Assembly (NCBI GenBank): GCA_963675595.2
Contig: CAXXLZ010000002.1
Location: forward strand, 3,200,001 to 3,264,000
Direction: 5' to 3'
DNA: 64,000 nt
Origin: Thermodesulfobacteriota bacterium
GTDB taxonomy: Bacteria > Desulfobacterota > Desulfarculia > JACQYL01
Position 1 is the first letter of the stretch. Each line of letters opens with the position of its first letter. The position numbers were made by a program, and so were the translations under genes. A model generated the notes under the pieces. The model made no database searches. It was not told where the DNA came from and saw only the letters and a list, made by a program, of their open reading frames with translations. Positions 34,002 to 44,180 of the stretch are shown here, piece after piece.

Positions 34002-34488
34002 TTCCTCGTCTTCATGGAAGGGTGTCGGGGAATCCGCCTTCGGCGGATTCCCTCCTCTCTCGTTTTTCGATTCCTGCAATCCCACTTCCCCGCTCGTTTC
34101 CCGCACAAGAGGGCTTGCCCGAAACATCGGTGATTTTCCACGGTTCCGGGAAATGAAGGATATTTTCCAATGGTTCTCGGTTGTGAGAACGTCCCGGATG
34201 CAAAATCCTTGACTGCCGTCCCTTTATCTGGTGTAAAAACCATATAGATGATTTGCTGGCGTGAAGAAAATCGTCCTACGAACGCGCCCACACTCGTTAC
34301 AGGGATCGGAAGGTTCTATTAAGCAGCACGACGGCGCGTGAAAAAAGGGATTCGCTTTGAGGTCGAGCGGATTCCTTTCGCTCGGTGTCTTTGCATCCGC
34401 TGCGGTCCGGATGAGGCGGGAACGCGAGGAAGTTCATTCAGTTGCCGGCAGGGTTATTGAGCGGAACCCAAACCGAATGGAGGCGATG

Positions 34489-36210
34489 ATGAACGGAAGG
34501 CATGGAGGCGGGTGTTTCGGAAGTGTTTACACAGGCCGGACGAAATGGGTAAGGAGCGGAGCTTTCTCCCGCGCAGGTGTGATCATCGTTTTTCTGGTTT
34601 TCGCGTTGGGAGGATCACACGCCTTCGCCGTGAACCAAGATCCGACCATTGACTTGCCCGCCGGGCCGTTGACCTACACGGACGTGCAATGTGCTGAATT
34701 CCAACCCGTCGGCGCGGGCGTTGTATTCAACGATCCCGACGGTTCCGTGGAACCGGACGGGAGTGGAGATCCCGGGCAGAACGCCGAGTTGATCATCCAA
34801 GTGATTGATAACGCGCACGATCTCGACGAGTTGACCATCAATATGGATGGGACCGGGTTCGCGGTGGACCTGTTCGAGCTGACCCTCAACGGCGAGGTCC
34901 CGCCGCCTTGGATCATTGGGGGAGGCAAAGCCGAATTGCGCGCCAAGTTTAAAGACGGAGCCACGGTGGCCGAGGTGCAGAAAATAGCGGAAAATATTCT
35001 CTGGCGTAACACGGCGGTCGCACCCGAAGCGCAACGCACCGTCAAGTTCAGCATCTATGACGGAGCCGGAGGGTACGCGGAGGATACCATCGTGGTGCGG
35101 GTCACCCCCACGGACAAGCCGCCGCGCAACAGAACCGATATCGTTATGACCCAGCTCGATCTTGCGGAGGTACGTCACCAGTACTTGGTCGGGCCCGGAT
35201 GGCGTATCGATCGGCGGCCCACACAGACCTTCGACAACGCGGTTTTCGACGGAGATACGCGCATTCGTCTCGTTTCGGACGGCACTCAGAACGACTACGA
35301 GGGATGGAGCTACGACATCGGTGACGCCACCCGGGTTTCAGTGGAAATGTATGTGCCTTCCACCTGGGGAATCACCGGCAAGGAAGTGCGCGCCGGTCTA
35401 TGGGTGCACGGCTATACCGACCAGGGAGAGCGTATCGAATTCCCGGTGGTTTTCGTGGCGCAGCCGGACGGAGCGCCCGCTCCCAATACGGTGAAGTTCT
35501 ATCTTGATCCTTATGTGGACAAGCCTCTGCCGGCGGACGTCAAATTGGACGCCTGGATGACTTTGACCGTGATTCTGGACAACGGCGACCTCCAGTATTT
35601 CCTCACCGGAACGAGAACCAACGGCGAATCCTTCACCCTGAGCACTGTAAAGGCCGGCACAGGGGTCACCAGCCTGCATCAGGCCCTACTGTCGACGAGT
35701 TTCGCTCCTGCGGGTCAAAGTTTTACCGCGTATTTCGACAACCTGACCTGGAATTCGGGAACCGGGGACAACCAAGAATGGACGCCTCAGGAAACCACGG
35801 CGGGAAAAGCCGTGGTGATCGAAGGATTGATGGTGGCCCCGGGGACGCCGGGCGAGATTCTGACCACGGTGCTCACCACGGGCGGCGGTAATTTGGTGCC
35901 GAAAAGCGGTTCCGGCGCATCCGTCAGCGGTAGCGGCACCGGCAGACTCACCATTCAAGGCACCGCGGATCAGATCAATGAGGCCCTGTCCGAGCTCACG
36001 TTCTATCCGGGAGGCGACACGGAGGGCCGAACCGAGATTCTCGCCGTGACCAGCAATTCCCAAGGGGAGAGCGACACCGATACCATCCTGGTGAACGTAA
36101 AAGCCGTTCCCGTCCCGACCATGGTATCGGCGCTTAATGAAATGGGACTGGCCGTGCTCATCCTGCTGTTGGGGTTCGTGGGATTCCGTATGGTCCGAAG
36201 ACGCGCGTAA
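34489..36210 (+). CDS. Secreted surface protein with an IPTL-CTERM-like C-terminal sorting signal
   Basis: Signal peptide ending SHAFA; beta-rich body; C-terminus 'VPTMVSALNEMGLAVLILLLGFVGFRMVRRRA'. Confidence 0.65.
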   Translation: MNGRHGGGCFGSVYTGRTKWVRSGAFSRAGVIIVFLVFALGGSHAFAVNQDPTIDLPAGPLTYTDVQCAEFQPVGAGVVFNDPDGSVEPDGSGDPGQNAELIIQVIDNAHDLDELTINMDGTGFAVDLFELTLNGEVPPPWIIGGGKAELRAKFKDGATVAEVQKIAENILWRNTAVAPEAQRTVKFSIYDGAGGYAEDTIVVRVTPTDKPPRNRTDIVMTQLDLAEVRHQYLVGPGWRIDRRPTQTFDNAVFDGDTRIRLVSDGTQNDYEGWSYDIGDATRVSVEMYVPSTWGITGKEVRAGLWVHGYTDQGERIEFPVVFVAQPDGAPAPNTVKFYLDPYVDKPLPADVKLDAWMTLTVILDNGDLQYFLTGTRTNGESFTLSTVKAGTGVTSLHQALLSTSFAPAGQSFTAYFDNLTWNSGTGDNQEWTPQETTAGKAVVIEGLMVAPGTPGEILTTVLTTGGGNLVPKSGSGASVSGSGTGRLTIQGTADQINEALSELTFYPGGDTEGRTEILAVTSNSQGESDTDTILVNVKAVPVPTMVSALNEMGLAVLILLLGFVGFRMVRRRA

Positions 36211-36271
36211 CTCAGGGCGGGGCAAGGGGGACCAAGTCCTCGCTTCCGTGAAAACCCTTCCGAGACGAATC

Positions 36272-36304
36272 AGCCGAGCGCCTGTACAGGCGCTCGGCTT
36301 TTTT
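36272..36304 (+). terminator. Rho-independent terminator; resembles the hairpin after tRNA-Pro
   Basis: AGCCGAGCGCCTGTACAGGCGCTCGGCT followed by a T run. Confidence 0.75.
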
Positions 36305-36435
36305 GGATTCATTGTTGCATTCTTTCGGTCGGGGTGACCGAAGCTGCATTCCGACCGATTTGCGGCTGTCCAAGAAAGCGGTCGGTCAAAGTGGCTTCGT
36401 CGAAACTGCAGGTCGGCCGAACCTCTCGTCGCGCA

Positions 36436-39400
36436 TCAAGACGGCGTGTCCGAGTCGGCCTCGAAAGCGAGGTCCAGGGTTCGAACCCCTTGAAAGCCTG
36501 GAAGGACAAAGGTTCCCATGCCTTGCGTCTGAGCCGAAAGGCCGAAATTTACCGAGTAGGCCCGTTCGAAAATATCCTGATCCGCTCCGATACCGTCGCC
36601 CACCACGGGGTCCAAAAAAGCGGACAAAGTGTCGCCGACAAGAGTCACCAGGACTGCCGAGCCGGCTTCGTACCGCTGCAGATAGAGGTTCACGTCCTGC
36701 TCGGGCGAGCGCCAGATTCCGTTGGGTGGGAGGTAGGGCCCCGTTTCGGAGGTTTCCGCGAAAAGAAGGGTGACCTCGTAGGTTTCAAATCCCTTTTCCG
36801 TTTGTAGATGCACTTTTCCGGCTTCAGTGGAATCCCCGAATTCGAACACCAACGTTGTCGGAGGGCCGGCGTAACTCCGGAACACATAGGATGCGTCGGT
36901 CACGTCCTGGTCCAGCAACGCCGTTAGACTCCCCTCGTGCAGGAGAACGAGGAAGCTCGAATCGGTTTCATACGTCTGCAGAAAGAACTTCACGGATTGG
37001 TCTCGGCTGCTCCATATGCCGCTGCGGGGAAATTCGTGGGCACCCGCCGCCTGAACCACTTCCGTCGTTTGGGGCAGCGACAGGAAGCCCTGCTCGTCCT
37101 CCGCGTAAAAGGCGATATGGTAGGTACCCGGTTCCGCGAAACCGTCATACACGCCCTCGTATCGGTCGCCGTTCTCGATCAAAGGGAGGATGGGCAGGGA
37201 GGCCACCGGAAAATCCGAGTCCCGAAGAGGCACATCCGGGGGGATGATCATGGCAAAAACGTCGTTTCTCGCGGTGGAGGCGATAACGCCCTCCGCCCAA
37301 AGCTTGAGCGTCTTTTCGCCGGCCAGTTGGGTGGTGGGAATGACGTTTTCAATCTCGGGCAGAGTGGAAGCGGTTGCGATGCCTCGTCCGATTCTCAGTT
37401 GTTCGACGATCGCCAGGTCTTCGTCCTCATTGGCAATTGCGTTCCCATTGGCTTCGATTTGAGGCGTCTGATTTCGGCCGGAAAAGGTGTGACGCAAACC
37501 CCGTTCCGCGATTCGGAAAGCGTTTTTCACGGTTTGGCCCTGAAATATCTGGGTCCAGAAAAATCCGGAAAAGGAAATGGTTCCTTCCACCATGTAGGCC
37601 GGTTCATCGCCCGCCGCACTGGTAACCAGGTATCGGTTCGGGTAATCGGAGTTGATCAACTCCGGAAGGAAGCTGCCGGAATGGCAGGCGTCGATCACCA
37701 GAAGCAGATAACCCGGCAGGGTGCTTTGCGCTTGGTCGATCCAATTCCGCAGGTCGCTGGTGGGCAGGCTCACATTCTTGTTGATGTCGAACGATCCGAC
37801 CCGTCCGTGATCAATCAGAAAGACCAGGAGGTTTTCGGCGTCCCCGGCCCACTGAGTCAGGGTTGTTTCCAGGCCCGCCAACGTGGGCTCGGCGTAGATA
37901 TCGTTGAATCGGCCGTCGTTATCCAAATCCTGATGGGTGACGGGGCTGAAGTAGCGGATGTTCTCTTTCTTGAAGCCTTGGAACAGAAGGGTCCTGTAAA
38001 ACAAGCCGGCCGTACCGGATGTTGCCTCCCAGATGCTGTTTTCGTCACCGGCCCCGCCCCCCGCGATGATGACGGCCTTGTCCTGCAGGGCATTCGCAGC
38101 GGGATGAAACACCTGAATTCGGTTGTTGCCGAGATCGGTTACGAATATGTCCCCATCTCCGTTCACCGCCGCATCGTACGGCCGGTTCAGATAACCGGTC
38201 CCGCTGCCGAAGCCGCCCATTTCTCCCTCGAACTCCCATGAACCGGAAAATACCTGCACGCGATGATTCTCATTGTCCGCCACGAAAACACGGCCGGCTT
38301 GATCCGTGGTCACACCGTAAGGCCGATTGAATTCTCCGGGACCGTCGCCTTTGGTTCCGGTCCCCAAAATGCCCACGAAGGTGTGATCCGCTTCAAAGAC
38401 CTGAATTCTGTGGTTCGCGGTGTCGGCAACGTAGATCCTGCCGTCCGAACCCACGTCAATGCCTCTGGGAGCGTCGAACTCTTCGATGTCCGGACCTTCC
38501 TCGCCCCATTGGAACAGAAATTCGCCTTCGCCGGAGAATTCCTGTACGCGATGATTCAGCATATCGGTCACATAGACGTTTCCCGTCTCGGAAACGGCGC
38601 AGTCGTAAGGAGTCTTGAACTCCTTTTCCCCTGAACCAAAGGATCCCCAGGACTTTTTGAACTCTCCGGAGGATGAGAATTTTTGGACTCGGTGGTTCTC
38701 CGAATCCACCACGAAAATCTCCCCGGCGCCGGAAACACAGACCCCCACAGGTCCGTTGAATTGCCCCTCGCCCGAGCCCTTTTCTCCTCCCAATGTGAAT
38801 TCATGGACGCCCTCGGGGGAAAAGACCTGAACCCGGTCATTGAGGTAATCGCTGCAGTAGATGTTTCCGTCCGGCCCGATGGCGGTCTGCATGGGCCACC
38901 TGAAAAACCCGTCGGAGGTGCCGTTGACCGCCCATTTGTTCGCCGCTTTGGCGTCGGGCGGGAACCTCAGGATTCGATGGTTGGAGCGATCCGACACGTA
39001 TACGGTGTCATCCGCGCCGACGGCGACTCCCATGGGATCGGAAAGAGACCCATTAACGAATCCGTCGTTTTTCCATTGGGAAATGAATCCGCCGTCCGCT
39101 CCCAGTTGCTGAATGCGATTGTTTCGACGATCGACCACGTAGAGACTTCCGGTGGAATCAAAAGCCAGGCCCGCGGGATAGTCGAATTCCAGGGGTCCGG
39201 AACCCGGACTTCCCCAGGCATCCAGCAAGACCCCTTGCTGATCGTACTTTCGAATTTGGGAAGACTCCCGTTCGCTCAAGTAGATGTTTCCTTGAGAATC
39301 AACCGCGATGCCCGTGCCGATCCCTTCGTAAGGGAAGGTGTCTTGCGGAATCGGTTGCCCGTCCTTGGTAAATCTTTGAACTTCGTCGGCGAAATAGTCC

Positions 39401-39852
39401 ACAAGCAATAGAAAGCCGTCCTGATGCCAGGCGATGGGCACCGGGTCCATGGGCCAAGGGGGAATCCCTTGGTAGATGGGCCATTGAGTCAGGAATTCGC
39501 CCGTGGATGTGAACTTCTGGATGCGTTTGTTTCCATTGTCCGCAACGTAGACGTTATCTTCGTCGTCTATGGCGATTCCCGACGGATCGTTGAATTCCCG
39601 CTCCCCCGTCCCGAATCCTCCCCATGCGTTGCACAACCTGCCCAACGGAAAATATTTCTTGACTCGATGGTTCCCGGTGTCCACCACGTAGACGTAACCT
39701 TCCGAATCCGTTGCCACGCCTTCTGGGTACAGGAAAGACCACTCCTCCGGGGAGGAAGGCCAAACCTGGGCAACCTCGTATGTTTCCGCACGAGCGGCGC
39801 AAGGAACGAGGAACATCAGAACAAAGAAACAGGCTGAAAGGCGTTTCAACAT
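36436..39852 (-). CDS. Secreted NHL-repeat (about two beta-propellers) protein with a C13/legumain-like clan CD peptidase domain
   Basis: About 12 'F..P.G.AVD..G..YV.D..N.RIQ.F' repeats; 'FLIDHG' and 'IDACHSGSF' His/Cys dyad. Confidence 0.8.
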   Translation of the reverse strand: MLKRLSACFFVLMFLVPCAARAETYEVAQVWPSSPEEWSFLYPEGVATDSEGYVYVVDTGNHRVKKYFPLGRLCNAWGGFGTGEREFNDPSGIAIDDEDNVYVADNGNKRIQKFTSTGEFLTQWPIYQGIPPWPMDPVPIAWHQDGFLLLVDYFADEVQRFTKDGQPIPQDTFPYEGIGTGIAVDSQGNIYLSERESSQIRKYDQQGVLLDAWGSPGSGPLEFDYPAGLAFDSTGSLYVVDRRNNRIQQLGADGGFISQWKNDGFVNGSLSDPMGVAVGADDTVYVSDRSNHRILRFPPDAKAANKWAVNGTSDGFFRWPMQTAIGPDGNIYCSDYLNDRVQVFSPEGVHEFTLGGEKGSGEGQFNGPVGVCVSGAGEIFVVDSENHRVQKFSSSGEFKKSWGSFGSGEKEFKTPYDCAVSETGNVYVTDMLNHRVQEFSGEGEFLFQWGEEGPDIEEFDAPRGIDVGSDGRIYVADTANHRIQVFEADHTFVGILGTGTKGDGPGEFNRPYGVTTDQAGRVFVADNENHRVQVFSGSWEFEGEMGGFGSGTGYLNRPYDAAVNGDGDIFVTDLGNNRIQVFHPAANALQDKAVIIAGGGAGDENSIWEATSGTAGLFYRTLLFQGFKKENIRYFSPVTHQDLDNDGRFNDIYAEPTLAGLETTLTQWAGDAENLLVFLIDHGRVGSFDINKNVSLPTSDLRNWIDQAQSTLPGYLLLVIDACHSGSFLPELINSDYPNRYLVTSAAGDEPAYMVEGTISFSGFFWTQIFQGQTVKNAFRIAERGLRHTFSGRNQTPQIEANGNAIANEDEDLAIVEQLRIGRGIATASTLPEIENVIPTTQLAGEKTLKLWAEGVIASTARNDVFAMIIPPDVPLRDSDFPVASLPILPLIENGDRYEGVYDGFAEPGTYHIAFYAEDEQGFLSLPQTTEVVQAAGAHEFPRSGIWSSRDQSVKFFLQTYETDSSFLVLLHEGSLTALLDQDVTDASYVFRSYAGPPTTLVFEFGDSTEAGKVHLQTEKGFETYEVTLLFAETSETGPYLPPNGIWRSPEQDVNLYLQRYEAGSAVLVTLVGDTLSAFLDPVVGDGIGADQDIFERAYSVNFGLSAQTQGMGTFVLPGFQGVRTLDLAFEADSDTPS

Positions 39853-39885
39853 GGAGTGCTCCCAAACGGCATACGTGCCGACCTG

Positions 39886-40710
39886 CTAGTAGAGCGTATC
39901 TTTGGACAATTTTTTCAGACCGTCTTCAGCATACCCGCTAAGGTTGTCCACGTAGAAATAATCCACGGTGGGGTTGCGATTGCCGGCGCATTCGTCGATG
40001 GGTATGGCGGGAATCTTGAGCTCCATGTTGACCTGCTTTCGTGTTCCATCGGGATACCTGATGTCCAAATAGCCGGTGTAGTTCCGTTCAGACGCGGCTT
40101 TGGTCTGCAAATAGGTTTCGAATGAGTAGATGTAGGCCTTTTTCTGTCTTCCACCCAACTCCTCGAGATTTTCGGTTCCATTTTCATAGTTGTCGTCAAT
40201 AAAGGCGAAAATACCTGGTGTATCCTGTACAAGGTGAAGAGCGGAGTGCGTGCTCTGGTAGGTCTGATAGTACATCTTCGGGAAGGAGCCTCCGGAGACC
40301 GGGCCCCATATGCCGTCCTTTGTGGGGACTCCGACGACTTCATCCGGAGCTCCGAATGCTTTCGATATGTTTCCCGAAAATTCCGTGGAGCCGTTTAATC
40401 GAAGCTGTAATGTAATGTTTTTGTCGCTTGTTCTGGAAAAGGTCGCGGTCCTTTTGGAATTCAACGCGTCCGTAACGCTTGCGCTGCTCGGCCAGGAGCC
40501 TAGCACGAATACTTTGTAGTTGAAGAGATCGGAAGTCAGAATCGCCACCATGCTTCCGTCTTCGTCATAGGTTTGAATATAGGCGTTTTGGAGGCCTGTG
40601 GAATTCTTGTAGATGCCGTCCTGTCGAGCATGAGCCGCACCGGCGAGCATCAGGCAAAATGAAACGACCAGGAGAGGCACGTACTTCAGGCATGGTAGAC
40701 TGTTTCGCAT
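39886..40710 (-). CDS. Secreted hypothetical protein with an internal repeat
   Basis: Signal peptide ending AAHA; two 'DGI(Y/W)...Y.QTY' units. Confidence 0.6.
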   Translation of the reverse strand: MRNSLPCLKYVPLLVVSFCLMLAGAAHARQDGIYKNSTGLQNAYIQTYDEDGSMVAILTSDLFNYKVFVLGSWPSSASVTDALNSKRTATFSRTSDKNITLQLRLNGSTEFSGNISKAFGAPDEVVGVPTKDGIWGPVSGGSFPKMYYQTYQSTHSALHLVQDTPGIFAFIDDNYENGTENLEELGGRQKKAYIYSFETYLQTKAASERNYTGYLDIRYPDGTRKQVNMELKIPAIPIDECAGNRNPTVDYFYVDNLSGYAEDGLKKLSKDTLY

Positions 40711-40742
40711 GTCAACGCTCCGAGCAAATTCGAGTTTTCGGT

Positions 40743-41123
40743 TTAATGAGGCATGGCCGACGGCGGTCCCGACGAACCGGATGTGAAGCAATCCACCAGG
40801 GTATCGCTTGATGCGCCGCACTGGTCTTCCACCCAGGCGTAAAGACAATACAGACCTTCGTACCCCACCGTGCCCAGTTGTATGGTACCGGTCCCACTGG
40901 GCAGGGGAGCGTCGATGGGAAGTTGGAATACCTGTCCCAAGGGGTTTTCTATGGTAATGTTCAAGGTTACCACGTCGCTCAGGCCGTCGGGATCGTCATA
41001 CGACACCGCGATGACGAGGAGGTCCCCCACGTCGGGTGTGGCGGGTATGAGGCTTCCCGCTCGGCTCGTGGAGCTTAGGGTCAGCAGGGCGGCGCAAAGC
41101 AGCATCACCAGACCGAAACGCAT
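40743..41123 (-). CDS. Small secreted hypothetical protein
   Basis: GAGGAG RBS, signal peptide, beta-rich 126 aa. Confidence 0.55.
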   Translation of the reverse strand: MRFGLVMLLCAALLTLSSTSRAGSLIPATPDVGDLLVIAVSYDDPDGLSDVVTLNITIENPLGQVFQLPIDAPLPSGTGTIQLGTVGYEGLYCLYAWVEDQCGASSDTLVDCFTSGSSGPPSAMPH

Positions 41124-41735
41124 GTCGCATCTCCTCTTTCAACATGTGTGATGTAATGCCTCTTTTCTTGGAGCAAATTTTGTTCCACATCCGGAAATAG
41201 GCGGACAATCCACCGAACCGGATGGGGATCACCATGTCGGTGAGCCGACCGGGCAAAGAGTATCCGGATGACCATACAGCCCACGCCGGCGTCTTCGAAA
41301 TCCCGAGTTCCGGGCCTCGGAGCATCGATTTTTCCCAACGTCATCGGTGTTTCAGCATTTCATGGGAATTTGGATGATCCTTATATGTGAAGGAATCCAC
41401 CCGTTTCGTCAATAGGGAATTCCCGCCATATTTTGGCCATGGCACGGATTCCGGAAAATTTCCGCGAAGCCGGAAACCCCGGGGTTCGAAGTAGTGCCGG
41501 CGATTGTTCGACCTTGGAAATCCCGTCGGCTTTGATGAGGATCGGGGCATCGTGTCGACCAAATATGGTTGCGATACCCGAAGGGTGCGGTAAAATAATC
41601 AAATATGGTCGATCAGAGCTTCGAGGCCTGGAGCCGGCATGGACGACGAAGCGAAGTTTTGCATATGGAATCGGATGGTTGCATCGGATTCGGTGCGTTT
41701 GGTATGCAAGTTGTACTCATGATCGCCCATAAGCG

Positions 41736-41882
41736 GGCTGTTGAAAACGCGATCTGCGGCGTTGCGTTTCACCCCTCGTCACTGCGACGTACTCTATGTA
41801 CTTCTCATTCCTCAGGATTTGCGCGCCTTGCATCTCATCGTTTTTCAGCAGCCTGCCGCAACCGGCTTTTTTCCACGGGCTG
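41736..41882. repeat. About 150-bp MITE-like interspersed repeat, copy 1
   Basis: Terminal inverted repeats GGCTGTTGAAAA...TTTTCAGCAGCC; reverse complement aligns with 43607-43755. Confidence 0.8.
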
Positions 41883-42093
41883 AGAAGCGGGATTCGAGCG
41901 GCCGGCGACGGGAGTGATGCCGTGCAACTGCGCGGCGCTTCTCTAAAGGAACCACCGGCTGAACCGAAGCGGAAAAGATGTTGCTGACCGGGGAATCGAC
42001 GCACAGCCGGACAACACGTCGGCAAGAGCGTCGTGAGCCATGAAAACAACCTTCACGTGGAGATCTCCATCGGGTTCGAGAGGGAACGGCCAA

Positions 42094-43596
42094 ATGAAAG
42101 AAATGGACGGTGTGCATTTGCTGAAAGACCTGTTGAGCGAACTGGACCCGAAGCAACTGCAGCGAAAATTTCTCGGCAAGGTGCTGCAGCTGGAAAACGT
42201 CCGGAGAGGCTCCATCTGGGTGCGAGAGGGTTCGATGTTCCGGTGCGTGGAAGCAGGCGGACCGCACAGCGAAATCGAAGCGGGCTTTGAAATTTCGGCC
42301 GAGGAAAAGAGCATCGTGCGGGCTACGTATGAACGTCGGGAGCGGGTCGTGGCCAACCTGCAACGAGACGATCGCCACTACAAAGCCGTGGAGTGTGGAT
42401 TCGACGTCAAGAGCTCACGCATTCTGGCATTTCCGCTGAACCGCAAGGACGGTTCCATTTACGGCGTGCTGGAACTGATCGATACCAGTCCTTCCGGCGC
42501 TCATATGCGGACCAATGAAGAATATATCGAGCTCATACAGGAAGTTGTGGATGTTTTCGCGGCCCTGCTTTCCAATACCATCTTTTTCACGGAAGAAATG
42601 GAAAAGACCCGAGGACTCCTGGGAAGCAAAGGGGTCAACCTCTATGCCTATCCGAGCAAGCGATTCCAGGAATTGGTGCGATTGGCGGCACGTTTTGCCA
42701 AGTCGGATTACCCGGTGCTTCTGACGGGTGAGAGCGGCACGGGCAAGGAGGTCTTCGCGGAGTTCATCCACGCCGGCAGTCCCAGGGCGCACAAGCCGTT
42801 TGTCGCGGTGAACTGCAGCGCCATCACGGACAACCTGTTGGAAAGCGAGCTATTTGGGCACAAGAAGGGTTCGTTTACCGGAGCCGTCCGGGACAAGGAA
42901 GGGCTGTTCGAAGAAGCCGACGGAGGAACCCTGTTCCTGGATGAGATCGGCGACATGCAACCGGGACTGCAGGCCAGGATCCTTCGGGTACTGGAAGACT
43001 GCACCGTTCGACCCGTGGGCGGCGAACGAAAGGACATGAAAACCGTGAACGTGCGAATCGTGGCGGCCACCAACAAGAACCTGGAAAATTCCATCAATGC
43101 CGACGAGTTCCGGCGGGACCTGTTCTACCGATTGAACGTGCACCCTCTGCACCTGCCTTCCCTGCGGGAACGGAAGGAAGACATCCCGGAACTGGTGCGT
43201 TGTTTCCTGGAAAAGGAGAGCCGCCGGCTCCAAATGCCCATGAAAAGGGTCGCCAAGGAGACCCTGGAAGTGCTCATGGATCGGCCGTGGGAAGGAAATA
43301 TCCGGGAACTGGAGAACCTGGTCAAGAATCTGCTCATCACCACGGAAGGCAACGTGATCCGGCCGGATGATCTTCCCGACTCCGTGCTGCGTCGTCAAGA
43401 AGCCCGCGGAGAGCCCGACGGGAACGCGCCGGTTTTCCAAGGCTACACCTGGGAAGCGCTGGAGAGGGACTACGCGAAGTATCTGCTGGAGAACAACGGC
43501 GGCGTTGTCAGCCGCGCCGCTCGCCAGGCCGACGTGCACCTCAGCACGTTCCGCGCCCGCATCAAGAAGTTGCTGGGAGATACAAAGCCGGTGTGA
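42094..43596 (+). CDS. GAF + AAA+ sigma-54-dependent transcriptional activator with Fis-type HTH
   Basis: 'GESGTGKE', 'ESELFGHKKGSFTGA', 'LFLDEIGD', 'WEGNIREL'. Confidence 0.9.
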   Translation: MKEMDGVHLLKDLLSELDPKQLQRKFLGKVLQLENVRRGSIWVREGSMFRCVEAGGPHSEIEAGFEISAEEKSIVRATYERRERVVANLQRDDRHYKAVECGFDVKSSRILAFPLNRKDGSIYGVLELIDTSPSGAHMRTNEEYIELIQEVVDVFAALLSNTIFFTEEMEKTRGLLGSKGVNLYAYPSKRFQELVRLAARFAKSDYPVLLTGESGTGKEVFAEFIHAGSPRAHKPFVAVNCSAITDNLLESELFGHKKGSFTGAVRDKEGLFEEADGGTLFLDEIGDMQPGLQARILRVLEDCTVRPVGGERKDMKTVNVRIVAATNKNLENSINADEFRRDLFYRLNVHPLHLPSLRERKEDIPELVRCFLEKESRRLQMPMKRVAKETLEVLMDRPWEGNIRELENLVKNLLITTEGNVIRPDDLPDSVLRRQEARGEPDGNAPVFQGYTWEALERDYAKYLLENNGGVVSRAARQADVHLSTFRARIKKLLGDTKPV

Positions 43597-43606
43597 TTTT
43601 CGTAGA

Positions 43607-43755
43607 CAGCCCGTTGAAAAAGTCGGGTTACGGCAGGTTGTCGAAAAATGATGAGATGCAAGGCGTGCAAATCCTGAGGAATGAAACGTACATAGCGTAC
43701 GTCGCAGTAACGAGGGATGAAGCGCAACGCCGCAGATCGCGTTTTTCGACGCCTG
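43607..43755. repeat. About 150-bp MITE-like interspersed repeat, copy 2 (inverted relative to copy 1)
   Basis: Shares GATGAGATGCAAGGCG.GCAAATCCTGAGGAATGA and GCAACGCCGCAGATCGCGTTTT with copy 1; a partial third copy lies near 22712-22740. Confidence 0.8.
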
Positions 43756-43962
43756 GTAAGGAGAGCGACGACGTTGGACCAGAGCGAGAGAAGGCGAAAG
43801 TGGCATCCTCGATGAATTACGAATCGTTGGTTCAGTCCTTGGAGACGCCTGAGAGGTCATTCAACCATCGGAAACGTCGACAGCGGAAATCGAATCGATT
43901 CTATGTGCTTGGACAGGGGGTATCCGGGACAACCTTTTGAAAAGGTTTCCTATGTGGCCTCA

Positions 43963-44180
43963 AGTCAAGCCGGAATTGGATAACCGTTTCCTATTCGCGC
44001 CCGAAGCGCCAAGTACACATGCGATGTAGAAGCGAAGATGCCGCCATTTCCCCAGCGCTACCGATGCAGCCAAACTTTATCGCGGCCGTCTCCGCTTTTT
44101 TCTCCCGGCTTGAGGCTCGGGACCCACCTCAAGTATGGGTCCCGAGCCGGTTGGGTTCTCCTAAACAAGTCCTAACCGGC
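43963..44180 (-). ncRNA. Putative seekRNA/bridge RNA region of the IS1111-type element
   Basis: About 220-nt non-coding 3' region with a perfect 13-bp stem (44114-44148); this position is where IS1111-group elements encode their guide RNA (established for the family, inferred here). Confidence 0.55.

Noticed and set aside
41400-41720. Sigma-54 promoter candidates (for example TGGTATGCAAGTTGT near 41700)
   Set aside because: Only partial matches to the -24/-12 consensus; not enough to call.
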